A stretch of DNA of 64,000 nucleotides from positions 19,344,001 to 19,408,000 of the forward strand of contig CM119373.1 in NCBI GenBank assembly GCA_051294905.1, in the 5' to 3' direction. Positions 53,786 to 64,000 of this stretch are shown in pieces. Each line of letters opens with the position of its first letter. Position 1 is the stretch's first letter. The position numbers were made by a program, and so were the translations under genes. Source of the DNA: Botryllus schlosseri (taxonomy: Eukaryota). Below the pieces are notes generated by a model that was given only the letters and a program-made list of their open reading frames with translations, had not been told where the DNA came from and did no database searches.

Positions 53786-55076
53786 GCTTAAGCAAACACG
53801 ATATTTTTGAGAACTGAAATAGTAGTTCACCAACGAAACTACTCTGCTTTTTTGGATTACTCGAGTAGGTTTTGCCTACTTGCACTATCTACTCAAGTTG
53901 GTGGGACGTGGGACTACTTCTAACTTGACTACTTTCACCACCTCTGAAAATTAGAAACCCCTTTCCACCGAGACTAATATCAACAAGAATTATAGTTTCG
54001 ACATTTTTTGCCTACCGGGTGAGCTATCAGACGTTGATTGATCGTATCACAGCGTCTAAAACATGTACTTCAAGGCTTCTCACGTTGGTGTAAATGACGT
54101 TTTGATGAAACCGTGATCAACACAGCATTGCCAAGAATTGTAATGAAATGTGTATGGTCGAAAACTATCAATTTGATATTATTGTGTTGGATAACTTGCA
54201 TCATTTTCTCTGTGATCGTGTCAAATATGTGCAATTTGAACTTTGCAAGTTATCTTACTCTTATGACATCGCAAATGAGTGATACAACTTGAAGCCTAAT
54301 ACACGAATCAGAATCGAATCACTCAGATACTCGCTTTTGCCTAGCTCAAATGACATGTTGAATTTTCAATGCACTAGCCTCCTATGAAATTTTTTGTAGC
54401 AGTTGACATGTAGAACAATTTGAGCATAGCTTTCCAGCTCACTCACTGCTGAAAGTCCTGAGATAATCTTGACAATTGTGGTGGACTTTCTCAAGGATGC
54501 TTTTCGAAATGGAGTTCTAGTAACTAGGATAATGCTTGGATATTTTGAATGTTGTTTTGTTGTTGATGTTTTGTAACTTCTTGTGTAACTGTTGGTGTGC
54601 TTTGAAATGTGATCCTATTTCTAGAACTGCTAGAATTCAGTTCTGGTAGCCTTGTTTGGTATATATGTGCAATATGCATACTCAGCTGCCAATGCTCAGT
54701 CTTGGTCCTGTGATACCCTGCTAATTTCAATGATTATGTATCGTATGTTAATTGTGAATGAAACGAGCGGATGAAATAGCCAGTGTATCACGGTTACTGA
54801 GTCGGCAACTATACCAGGATGTAGCTGTCCTTCACTAACTCTGTAGATGAATATTTGAATATTATACCAATTTTTAGTGGCATCAGCCATACTGTTAGAC
54901 CTGTGGCAACGCTCGGCTATGTAACGGCATCGTGCAAATGCTGAACTGGCAAGTTATCCTCACATTTCCAATATCTTTATCACAAAAGACTGTTCGACAA
55001 ACTTGAAAATGTGTTGTCCATTTCAGAGTCACTTGGAATTATCATTATTGTAGCCTATTACATATAATTTTAAAAG

Positions 55077-55906
55077 ATGGCACAGGCTGTGCGTGTCAAG
55101 GTGGCCGAGCATGCGACAAAAATATTGTCCGAATTGAGCCGAATGCGGCAAGGATGCGATCATTGTGATTTCATAATAAAAGTTTAAAATGATGTGTATC
55201 GCACCCACAAAAATATGCTGTCAGCTGGCTCGGGATATTTTCGAGCCATGTTCGAACACAACACTAAAGAGAGGCAGGACGGGGAGATCACTTTTAAAGA
55301 TGTGGATTCCGAATGTGTGAAAAACTGTCTCGATTTCATTTATTCTGGTGAATTTGAAATCCCGGCCGGAAAGATTAAGGATCTCCTACACATCGGAATC
55401 ATGTTGCAATTGGACGGAGTAAAAACAGCTGTTGCTGGTATTTTGATGGAATCGATAAATGCGGAAAATTACTATTGGATGACAAATATCGCAGATATGT
55501 ACGAACTGGTAGATGTCATAACAGAATGCCAACGTTTTTATGAAGAGAACCTCATGGAAATCGCAAACCAGCCAGAATTTCAAAATACGCCGTTATCAAA
55601 ACTTGACGATTTTCTGCAGGATGACGATTGCAAATATTCAGAGGAAGAAAAACTAACCATATTACTCCGATGGGGAGAGAAAAACCCCAAAGCTAGCAGC
55701 GATTTACTCGAATCAATTCAGAGATTTAAGTTAGAAACAGTCTCGTCTGCGTTTTTGATTGATCTTGTCAAAGTCAATCCAGTTGTGAGCAATGACTGGA
55801 TGATATACAAATTCTTCAATAATCGCATTGTCGAGACATTGGAAAAAATGATCAAAACTAACGAAGGAGCGGTCAGTCACGAATCTACACCTATCGCTAT
55901 GAATAG
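55077..55906 (+). pseudogene. BTB-BACK exon 1, clade C, with a single nonsense codon
   Basis: ATG 55077; TAA at codon 37 (55185-55187) where the 44838 paralog has GAA; otherwise open for 830 nt to the donor AG|GTAGGT. Confidence 0.8.
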
Positions 55907-56490
55907 GTAGGTACTCAAATCTTTTGACGGACACCGGACCGAAAATTTGATAGAAAAATTGTGTAAGCTACAAGATATAAAAATGCAAAAAAGTATATTT
56001 TTATGATAAAAAACGAAGTCAACTCTCTTTTTTCACAAGAGATTCGGTCCCCTTCTATCTTTTGTTATACGGCGTTGTTGATTGCCCACTCGCAAACGAT
56101 TTATGTGGTGGCAGTTGATCTTTTAATCATTGGAAAGTCGAATGCAAAAGCGTACTTCTACGACCGAAAATTACGCTTTAAAAGTGATTGCTATGGTCAA
56201 TATCTCCTTAGAAGTCAGGAACTTTCTAAACGGTGATCTCCAACTGTGTGCCGTGAGTGATAAATTGAAAATGATACACCTTTCTCGTCCGTTTTGTAAA
56301 AGGTAAAATATCGAATTGGGTATTATTTTTTGGCCGTGAGTTATCTTGCTCAAATGCTCAAAAGATCATCCTAAACATTCATCGCCGTCAATGAATCGAC
56401 TAAATCTGACAATGGCTTCTGCCCTGACCTCCCGTAATTACAATACATGAATTATATCAGCCTAATCCACTCTTTTTATTCGAAATATAG

Positions 56491-56836
56491 GACGGATACT
56501 GGAAGGAATGTAAATGATGGCGATATGCCTTCTGTTTCCGGGGGCCAAGGTAAAGACTCTGTGAGCAACAAACAACAGGGGCCCGAAATCGCTTCAGTTG
56601 CATCCCAAATACATAGAAACATTGCACGTGATCAAGTGCAAAATGCTGAGAAGAGTGTAACCGGTGCACATTCCAAAGCGCAAAGTTCATCAGGTGTACA
56701 TGGTAAAGGCCCATCACTCGGTTACATGGCCAGACGTCGCAGAAGTCGATTTTTACTTTCTGCACCTTTACAAAGTCCAAGTTCATCTGGTGTGCCTGAT
56801 AATGAAATGGTCAGTTTGTTCACAGCCGGACGTTGA
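56491..56836 (+). pseudogene. Exon 2 of the 55077 gene: short Ser/Gly-rich tail
   Basis: Acceptor GAAATATAG|G at 56490/56491, phase 2, in frame with ORF 56447-56836. Homologous to exon 47755 but without the repeat expansion. Confidence 0.6.
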
Positions 56837-57353
56837 TTAATGATCATTGATCTGAGGTCAATTGCAAAGCCGGGGGAAATGTCAAATTTGCCCTGTTTCC
56901 GGCTGATGTGTAACAATAACGGTATACAGTGGATGGGAATTCATGACAATTCAAGGTACACCCTGATATTGATTGTATAAAGGCAAGGCAATGCTTTCAG
57001 AAATGGACCAAACTGACTTCAAGTGTGGTATTCTGTGATTGAAATGTAGGCTACTTTAATTAGCTTCACAACGCTTGATGAACATTGAAAATATTCCATG
57101 GCCATATCATATTAGTATTGTTACTTTCACTGATTGAATAACCACAAGATTGTGGTACATTGAAAAGAAGGAATTGAGACGGATTGGAATAGTATATCAA
57201 TCAAACACTCATCTTCTCCTGCAGGCTGCAGGTACTAATAAAAGAAAAAATATTGGTCAGTGACTTTCACTAAATTATGGTGATGCTACAGTGGTATTCT
57301 TTACCACTATTAATTAAACTTGTACAGCTGATCCCAAAATTGCTATGCATATG

Positions 57354-58870
57354 CACTGGCGTAGCAGCATGCGCTGCCGCCCCTGGCTCTCGCATAAAAC
57401 GCCGCCCCCTAAGTAGACCCAGGGCCGTAACAGCACTTCGTCAGGCCCCCAAAACGTTGGTCTTGCCCATCCACCCCCCAGACCCCCCTCACGCTATTCG
57501 CTGTTTACTTTTCGTCTACATTGTGTGTCCGTTCCTGAGTCAGCTTTACTCGCCTATTTATATCATTCATGATTGAACCGGTCAATTTGACGGGGTATTG
57601 CATATATATTGCCAACAATTTTTATCATCTCTCTGCTCACTTAATCTGATTTACCGGTAGAGCTGAGTGAGGTGTGTTTGAAAAGGTAGCGGGTGGATCC
57701 GTTGGTATGACTTCGTTACGTAGGCCTAACGTTATTTCGCGAATTCCTGTCTGCTATATAAAAATATAGAATCGCCCAAACGTACTAAACTATAAGATCA
57801 CACGATTTCAAATTGTTATTTTTTCACTGGCTTATAATTTTTCCATGTGGGATGGTATCTGTCTTGCGAGGTTCAGATTGCCGAGACAGGAACATTCGAC
57901 GCTAGTCATTTAAGCGCCTATGGACAATTAAACCTACATGTATTTTGTATAGGCCTATGACGAAGTTTTTGGTCAGCATAGCTATCTCGGTCTGCTCTAC
58001 CAAATCGTAACTCAAAGTATAGATCACTAACCTGCGGATAGATGGGCTACTTAGTTGTCACACTTGAATACCGAGACAAGCCTACTGCTGTTTATATAGC
58101 TCAGTGGCTGAGACACTTAAAAGCAGCATAATTGGTCATGTTCATCCTATAGTTGGCCAGGCCCTCCGAGCGCTCAAATTTAACAATACTGATCTTAATC
58201 AAAAGATATATAGTTGCCCTGACTCCGGAAATACAATTTAAGTGCTGGTTTGAAAATCGGCATTTCCCCGGATAATCGATCGATATAATTTCCATTATCA
58301 TGGTCAATTGGTCATTGTGTTATGTTGCGGCGCTCCGATTGTTAGGAACAATCGGCCTTGACGGCTATTTTGGATCGGTTCCATTGCCATGTTAATGTTA
58401 ACATATTCGGAATCAGCGTGAAACTAGCTTTCGATTGAGCAGAGGTTGTCAGTAACGAAGTACTTCTACTTTTTGAAGTACTTGAAGTAGATTTTGCCAA
58501 CTCAAACTACTTTTAAGTAGTTATGATTTTACACTACTTCTACTTCTACTTGACAGTTTTCAGTTTTGTAGGCAAAAATAAGCATAGAATACCTACTTTC
58601 TTACTTACTTGTGAACCACCACTTCTACTTCTACTTGAGTAGAAATCCGGCGTTACTTCTGCTTGAGTAGCGATGACTACTTTGACCACCTCTTCGATTG
58701 AGACCAGTTTGATTAAATTTCAGCTCACGGGGTGCCAGCTATAGGACTACCAATTACGCTGCTTTTAGCCGGCTGTGTACAGTATACTGTGCAGCCTCAT
58801 TTTGCCGCCCCCTTGGAGTCTGCCGCCCCTGGCGCAGAGCCAGAACCGCCAAGTGGCTGCTACGCCACTG
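57354..58870. mobile_element. Non-autonomous hAT-type element, 1517 bp
   Basis: TIR CA(C/G)TGGCGTAGCAGC at both ends (14/15); TSD TGCATATG/CGCATATG (7/8). Confidence 0.75.
58440..58694. mobile_element. hAT-type MITE, 255 bp, nested in 57354-58870
   Basis: Ends CAGAGGTTGTCA ... TGACCACCTCTT; exact TSD CGATTGAG; internal ACTTCTACTT motifs. Confidence 0.8.
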
Positions 58871-58883
58871 CGCATATGGACAT

Positions 58884-59324
58884 TAGGGCTCTACAAAAAT
58901 GACTTTTTTTCTCAAATCGTACTGGCTACTTGATAAAATTGTTAGGTTACCTAATTTAAGCCTACACACAAAATTTGGTTCAATTCCAGCTGGTAACCGC
59001 TTTGCTACAGGAGAAGACATTTTCTATTTATTATGTAAAAATAAATAATAAAAAATTTGAAAATTTTCTGTTCACCCCATGAAAGTGTTAGGCTGTCTAT
59101 AGAAACGATGATTACCAAAGTTGGTTCAATTCCAACCAGTGGAAGCGGAGTTATTGCCGTCGAAAAATTTGGATTTGAATAAAATAGTATTTACGGTGAC
59201 CGATTCATTGTTTATTTGTTATAGTTGTGCTCACCGTAAATACTATTTTATTCAGATCAAAATTTTTCGACGGCAATAACTCCGCTTCCGCTTCCGAGAA
59301 AAAAGTCATTTTTGAAGAGCCCTA
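58884..59324. mobile_element. hAT-type MITE, 441 bp, with an internal hairpin at about 59141-59290
   Basis: TIR TAGGGCTCTACAAAAATGACTTTTTT ... AAAAAAGTCATTTTTGAAGAGCCCTA; exact TSD ATGGACAT. Confidence 0.92.
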
Positions 59325-60506
59325 ATGGACATGCGTCAAGGTTTTGTGCCGACACATTTGACCATGGGAGTGGCATTTTTCAATCATGTCTTGGAAATGC
59401 AGTTTATGGTAGCGAGTATTTTGATACTAGATGTTCATGTGCAATGTACTTGTACAGTTTGATCATTATTATTTCGTATCTCTTGATTCTTTAAAGAGTG
59501 CAATTTTTTGATTTGGAAATCTTACACTAAAATCTTGTCTATCTCTCTATGATGACTCATTTTATAATATGCAATGTGGAGAGAGGTATTCAGTGAAAAA
59601 GTATGTGCACTGTTTTATAGTTACTATTTCATGACGCTTTCAGTATCAAGAATATTTGAGTGGGGAAGCCTGAACCAAGTTGTTTCAGATTGCTTCTATT
59701 TAATCTGCATATTATGCTTATGACTAGGGCTGGGCATAATGATTCGAGTCGAGTAGTATAAGGGACGATTTTCTCGAGTACTAAAATTATACGCTTCTCG
59801 CCACTGAAAGTTATTTATCGACGAGAATTATAGTTTCGGTACCATTTCCACTGCAAGCATTGAAACCTTAATTGGCCGTATCGCAGCATATGAAACATAG
59901 TACAAAGCTACTACCGGTACTGGAAATGTCGTATTTCCCAAGTCCTGACCATCCCACAACATTGTCCCAAAGTGCAATGAAATCGGTGTGGTCGAAAAAA
60001 ATATCAAAGTATCTTTAATGTGATAGATAACAGGCATTAGACTCTCCTAGTTAATAGCCACTGTTTTACATAGGCCATATGGAAGTAATTTTTCCTGTTT
60101 TTGGTGAAACTTTTTTGACGATAAAATATCTACTCAACTGACACTCACATATCTTTCCATTGCTCCTGACCGTGGGTTACCGTGTGGCATTATCATCAAC
60201 TATATTCGTTCAATATTTGTAATTTACTCACCGTCTTTACTATAGTGAGGGTCAGCCAAAATCCTTGAAGTAGAATCTGTTTGTTATATGGTTACATTTT
60301 CTTGGAGGAACAAAACTACATTTCACCAACTTCAGAATTTTTCAAAATGGCTGTGAGGCCCTGCTTAAGAGCCACTAGCATAGACGGATTTACAGTATCT
60401 TTGTCATTTCCAATTGTTTGCAATTACAAGTCTTAAGTTCGTAAATATGTGCAGTTTTTCAGATTGTTTTGGAATCATCAAAGATATCATTATCAACCAC
60501 AATTAA

Positions 60507-61336
60507 ATGATGGAGGACGCTGTACGTGTCAATGTGAAAGGATATGCGAATAAGATGCTGTCAGAATTGCAACGTATGCGGGAAGAGCGCATTCAGTGTG
60601 ATTTCATAATTAAAGTCGAAGATGATGTGTATCACGCTCATAAAAGCGTATTGTCGGCGAGCACCAAGTTTTTTGAAGATATATTCGCGCACAACATTAA
60701 TCATATAAGTGAAGATGGAAAAATCATTTTTCACGATGTCGATTCCGAGTGCATGGAGAAATGCTTAAACTTTATATATACGGGTGATTTAGAAATCCCT
60801 AACCGAAAGATTAAGGACCTTCTTCACATCGGTGACAAGTTGGAATTGGATGAACTGTTAGACGCCGTGTCTGTAATTCTGGATAACAGGATGGATGCGG
60901 AAAACTATTATTGGACTAGAGATATTGCAGTAACGTACGGGCTTGGAAAACTCATATGGCATTGTCAGGTCTTTTTCGAAAACCACATTATGGATATTGC
61001 CGACCAGCCAGAATTCGGAAATACCACAATATCCGAACTCTGCGATATTTTAGCTGGGAACGTCTGGTTTGCTAACAGTGAGGACGAAATTACAGTACTA
61101 CTCAACTGGGCTGATAGCAACCCGCTTGAGAAAGAGTTTGTGCTTGAAAGAATGGAGCAGTATTTGGAGTGCGAATTTTCGACTTCGTTTTTGAGAGATC
61201 TTCTCCAATCTAATCCACTTGTCACCAACGACTTTGAGTTATACAGGCTCGTCAGCGATCGTCTGATTGAAACTTTGGAACATATAAACCAAACCACCAA
61301 AAATCGTCACCAGGGAGTTGAACCTTGTTTTCATAG
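60507..61336 (+). CDS. Divergent BTB-BACK coding exon 1, clade D
   Basis: CDFIIKVEDDVYHAHKSVLSASTKFF and CLNFIYTGDL motifs; 830 nt to the donor AG|GTATGT (phase 2). Confidence 0.88.
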
Positions 61337-62771
61337 GTATGTACACAATATTTTTTAGAACCAAGACCTTCAACAGCAGCGCTATTCTTGTTTAAACCCT
61401 TAATAATGGCCATTTCGAAAGCATAGGCACTGCCTGACTGGAATCGTTGGCCGTTTTGCCTGATCAGGTGAGCAACGATGGTTTTCCAAGATAAAGTAAT
61501 TTAATAAAAAATAAAATAAAATATGGTGTGAGCACAGGACACTGATTCCATACAGGGGAACTGCTAGGACCGTTTAGGATTCAAGTTGTAATGAATGAAG
61601 AAGTTCTGCGAGTGTAAACCCCCATTACAAGGAATCAGTATCGAAACAATGTAATTGACACGTAGTAGCGTGTTTTACACTGAGTTGACTGATAAGTAGC
61701 CTAAGCTCTTGAATGCAAGTCCCGAGGTTATTGTCGATTATTTTATTGCCTCAACATTCCATTATCGGCCTCTTATAAGATATCGGATTTTTAAAACAAA
61801 GCAGCTATTCAATTGGCTTGCCACAGATATTTGTGGCCAGATACTTTCAAGACCTAGTCCTAGAGTTACAAGTGAAGCCGTTATAGCAGTTCTTCGCATC
61901 CTGAGTCTACGCACCCGTTGGCGGTGCCAGAATAAGTTGCGGGGTTGCATGAATTCACTGTCAAATTATATGATACGTCACAATGTTTGATTGATGTCAT
62001 GTGCCAAACTATTTCAGTTTAATAATATTGTTGCTGAAAATTAGCTATTCTATGTCCGACATCAATATTCCTCACTGGCTGACACGGCTTCGGTGATAGC
62101 ATTCCATGGAGGAAGAAGTAGCTGATATGAATGGGCATTGTGTATATCGGCTTGATTTACAATGGCCCAGACACTGCCAAGACGGAGACGATCTTTACGA
62201 AGAGATAGTTTTCCGGCAAGTGCCATGTCTAACTAACCCCAAGTTTTGTCAGGTATTCTGCGCAGCTCATAGTTCAAATAGAATGAAAGTGACGATCATG
62301 ATATTTTTCTTTTATTTGTATTTCTTTTACAATTTTTTTTTTGTGGTAACTATGCCCGTCGCCCGTGTCAGTGAGCACAACGTTGTACTGGTGTAGAGTT
62401 TTGAAATCATGGTTGTTACACTGTGTGGCCTATTTTATCTCAATATTAAATCCATGAGGCCCGCGGACTCTACGAAATTTGAATGGTGGCCCGCGACCCC
62501 TGACTTATGGTAACACTAACTAAATCAAAGATCTAATATTGAGGATTTTGACAGAATCAATTTTTTTCATGCTTTGCGTTATGAACTTTTGCACAACTAT
62601 TCTTCAGTTCGATGTGCTGACTACAATATGGTGGCCCTGAGCTGACATTTTGCGGGGAACTGTCACGACCCTGATTGTAACCGTCAATCGCCATATTTCG
62701 CGTACGCTAGTATGGGAAATCTATGCGTGGGCCTATTTTTAGAAATTATTGCAGTCGGTCTTCTGAGATAT

Positions 62772-63165
62772 GTCTGGGGCGATAAAAATGTTCTAACCAA
62801 TTGTTCCATAGACATTAAATATTCTAATCCATATTTATTCAACAGGCCTCAACTCCAAATCGAGTCAGCAGTAAAACAAAGACATGTCGCGACACCACAA
62901 CCCACGCACCCACGAGATGTGCCAACAAACAGAAGGGCGCCTGAAAATCCTCAATCAGTGAGGTCAGTGTCTGGGGCGATAAAAATGTTCTGAACAATTG
63001 TTCCGTAGATATTAAATATTCTAATTAATATTCATTCAACAGGCCTCAACTCCAAGTCGAGTCAGCAGTAAAACAAGAACATGCCGCGACACCACAACCC
63101 ACGCACCCACGAGATGTGCCAACAAACAGAAAGGCGCCTGAAAATACTCAACCAGTGAGGTCACT
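62772..63165. repeat. Direct tandem duplication, period 197 bp
   Basis: GTCTGGGGCGATAAAAATGTTCT...CAGTGAGGTCA occurs twice head to tail with high identity. Confidence 0.92.
62846..62962 (+). CDS. Candidate exon 2 of the 60507 gene (39 codons, Pro/Gln/Thr-rich)
   Basis: Acceptor ATTTATTCAACAG|G at 62845/62846, phase 2, in frame with ORF 62712-62993; possible donor AG|GTCAGT at 62962/62963. Confidence 0.5.
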
Positions 63166-63217
63166 TCGTGCACGTACTCGACGCGTGCCATACAGCAAAA
63201 TGGCCAAAGGCTCATGA
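63043..63217 (+). CDS. Candidate terminal exon of the 60507 gene (duplicate of 62846-62962 plus a basic tail)
   Basis: Acceptor TTCATTCAACAG|G at 63042/63043, phase 2; open to TGA 63215-63217, ending RSLRARTRRVPYSKMAKGS. Confidence 0.45.
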
Positions 63218-64000
63218 GTCGCCTGCTTCAATATTCTGGATGGAACTGCCGTGATAGATTGCCCCTATTTGAAATTGCCAGCATCTCGACACACCGATGT
63301 GGTCATGGCCACAAATGAAGTGCTTTTACTTTCTTGAAGTACTCAAATACGGTTTACTTACATGCATAACCTAAATGGTTATGTTATGAGACTATGCTTC
63401 CACTTCTACTTGCCAGATGGTTGAGAAAAACTGCTTGCTCTACAATTTTGATTTGTGAAGTAGAATTTAGTTTGGGGACTTGCTCGCACCACTATTATGA
63501 GTAAAATTGTCATAACAACTCGGCGAACTTTGGCAATTACAGCTATTTGGATACGTCCTATTCGTCATTTTCCAAAAATAACCACCTCAAGTCGAATCGA
63601 AATAAAATATGTGGCAGTGAAATCTAATTTTTAAAACTCCTTACTGGGTACCTGTCTTACCTTCATTTTATATTTCCACTTGGAGTAGTTTTGACATGAT
63701 TTGGAAGTGGTCATTTCTACTTGTAATTTAGTTGAAGTTGACACTGTTACTTCTACTTGTGCATTGACGCAGGCTACTTGGACATCATGTCATTTCAAAA
63801 GTAACCTATTCACGATGAAATGCACGGCCAGATCTACTTTTTAAGCCTATACTTGGGTAATTTTTATATCTCAAATTTTCTGCTTCTACCTGTAGAATGA
63901 GTAGAAATGCCGACTACCACCTCTGCGGTTCATGTAGGACTTCGTACAGATTGCTTAGTAAAGTGCACCAGTGAATGTAATCGTTCTTTTTGAATTTACT

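Noticed and set aside
3053-61358. BTB ORFs as complete single-exon genes, as in the ORF track
   Set aside because: Each ends at a consensus donor at the same position, with a frame-compatible exon downstream. Upstream TTG starts (3053, 4313, 12685, 16095, 25024) lie in predicted intron sequence.
62106-62396. 96-aa ORF as the tail exon of the 60507 gene
   Set aside because: The nearest phase-2 acceptor (62044/62045) runs into TGA TAG at 62094-62099, and the next acceptor is phase 0. The 62846 acceptor fits better.
1-64000. CRISPR arrays, tRNA or rRNA genes, Kelch repeats
   Set aside because: No repeat-spacer array, cloverleaf, rRNA-like sequence or Kelch GG/YW motifs were seen by eye. A tRNAscan or Infernal run and a Pfam search would be needed to exclude them formally.

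Overview
Intron-containing animal genomic DNA (invertebrate-like, AT-rich, dense in hAT MITEs; species not determined). The window is a + strand tandem array of 13 KLHL-type BTB-BACK exons: 7 have open frames and 6 are disrupted. None carries Kelch repeats. The six-frame track shows the BTB ORFs as stand-alone genes, but every intact one ends at a phase-2 splice donor (AG|GTRAG or AG|GTATGT) and is followed by a phase-2 acceptor opening an in-frame downstream exon. Those tails are: a full-length Tpt1/TRPT1/KptA 2'-phosphotransferase (ADP-ribosyltransferase-fold) domain with all catalytic motifs (14409-16931), truncated and catalytically eroded Tpt1 N-lobes, Pro/RG-rich tails, a roughly 10-unit Ser/Gly-rich repeat with FG-like motifs, and a short duplicated exon. 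The predicted BTB-BACK-Tpt1 fusion and the exchangeable-tail array are the main candidates for an undescribed system. An intronless MRPL43 and its pseudogene sit inside the array, along with many TSD-flanked non-autonomous DNA transposons. All splice models come from sequence alone, with no transcript or database support.
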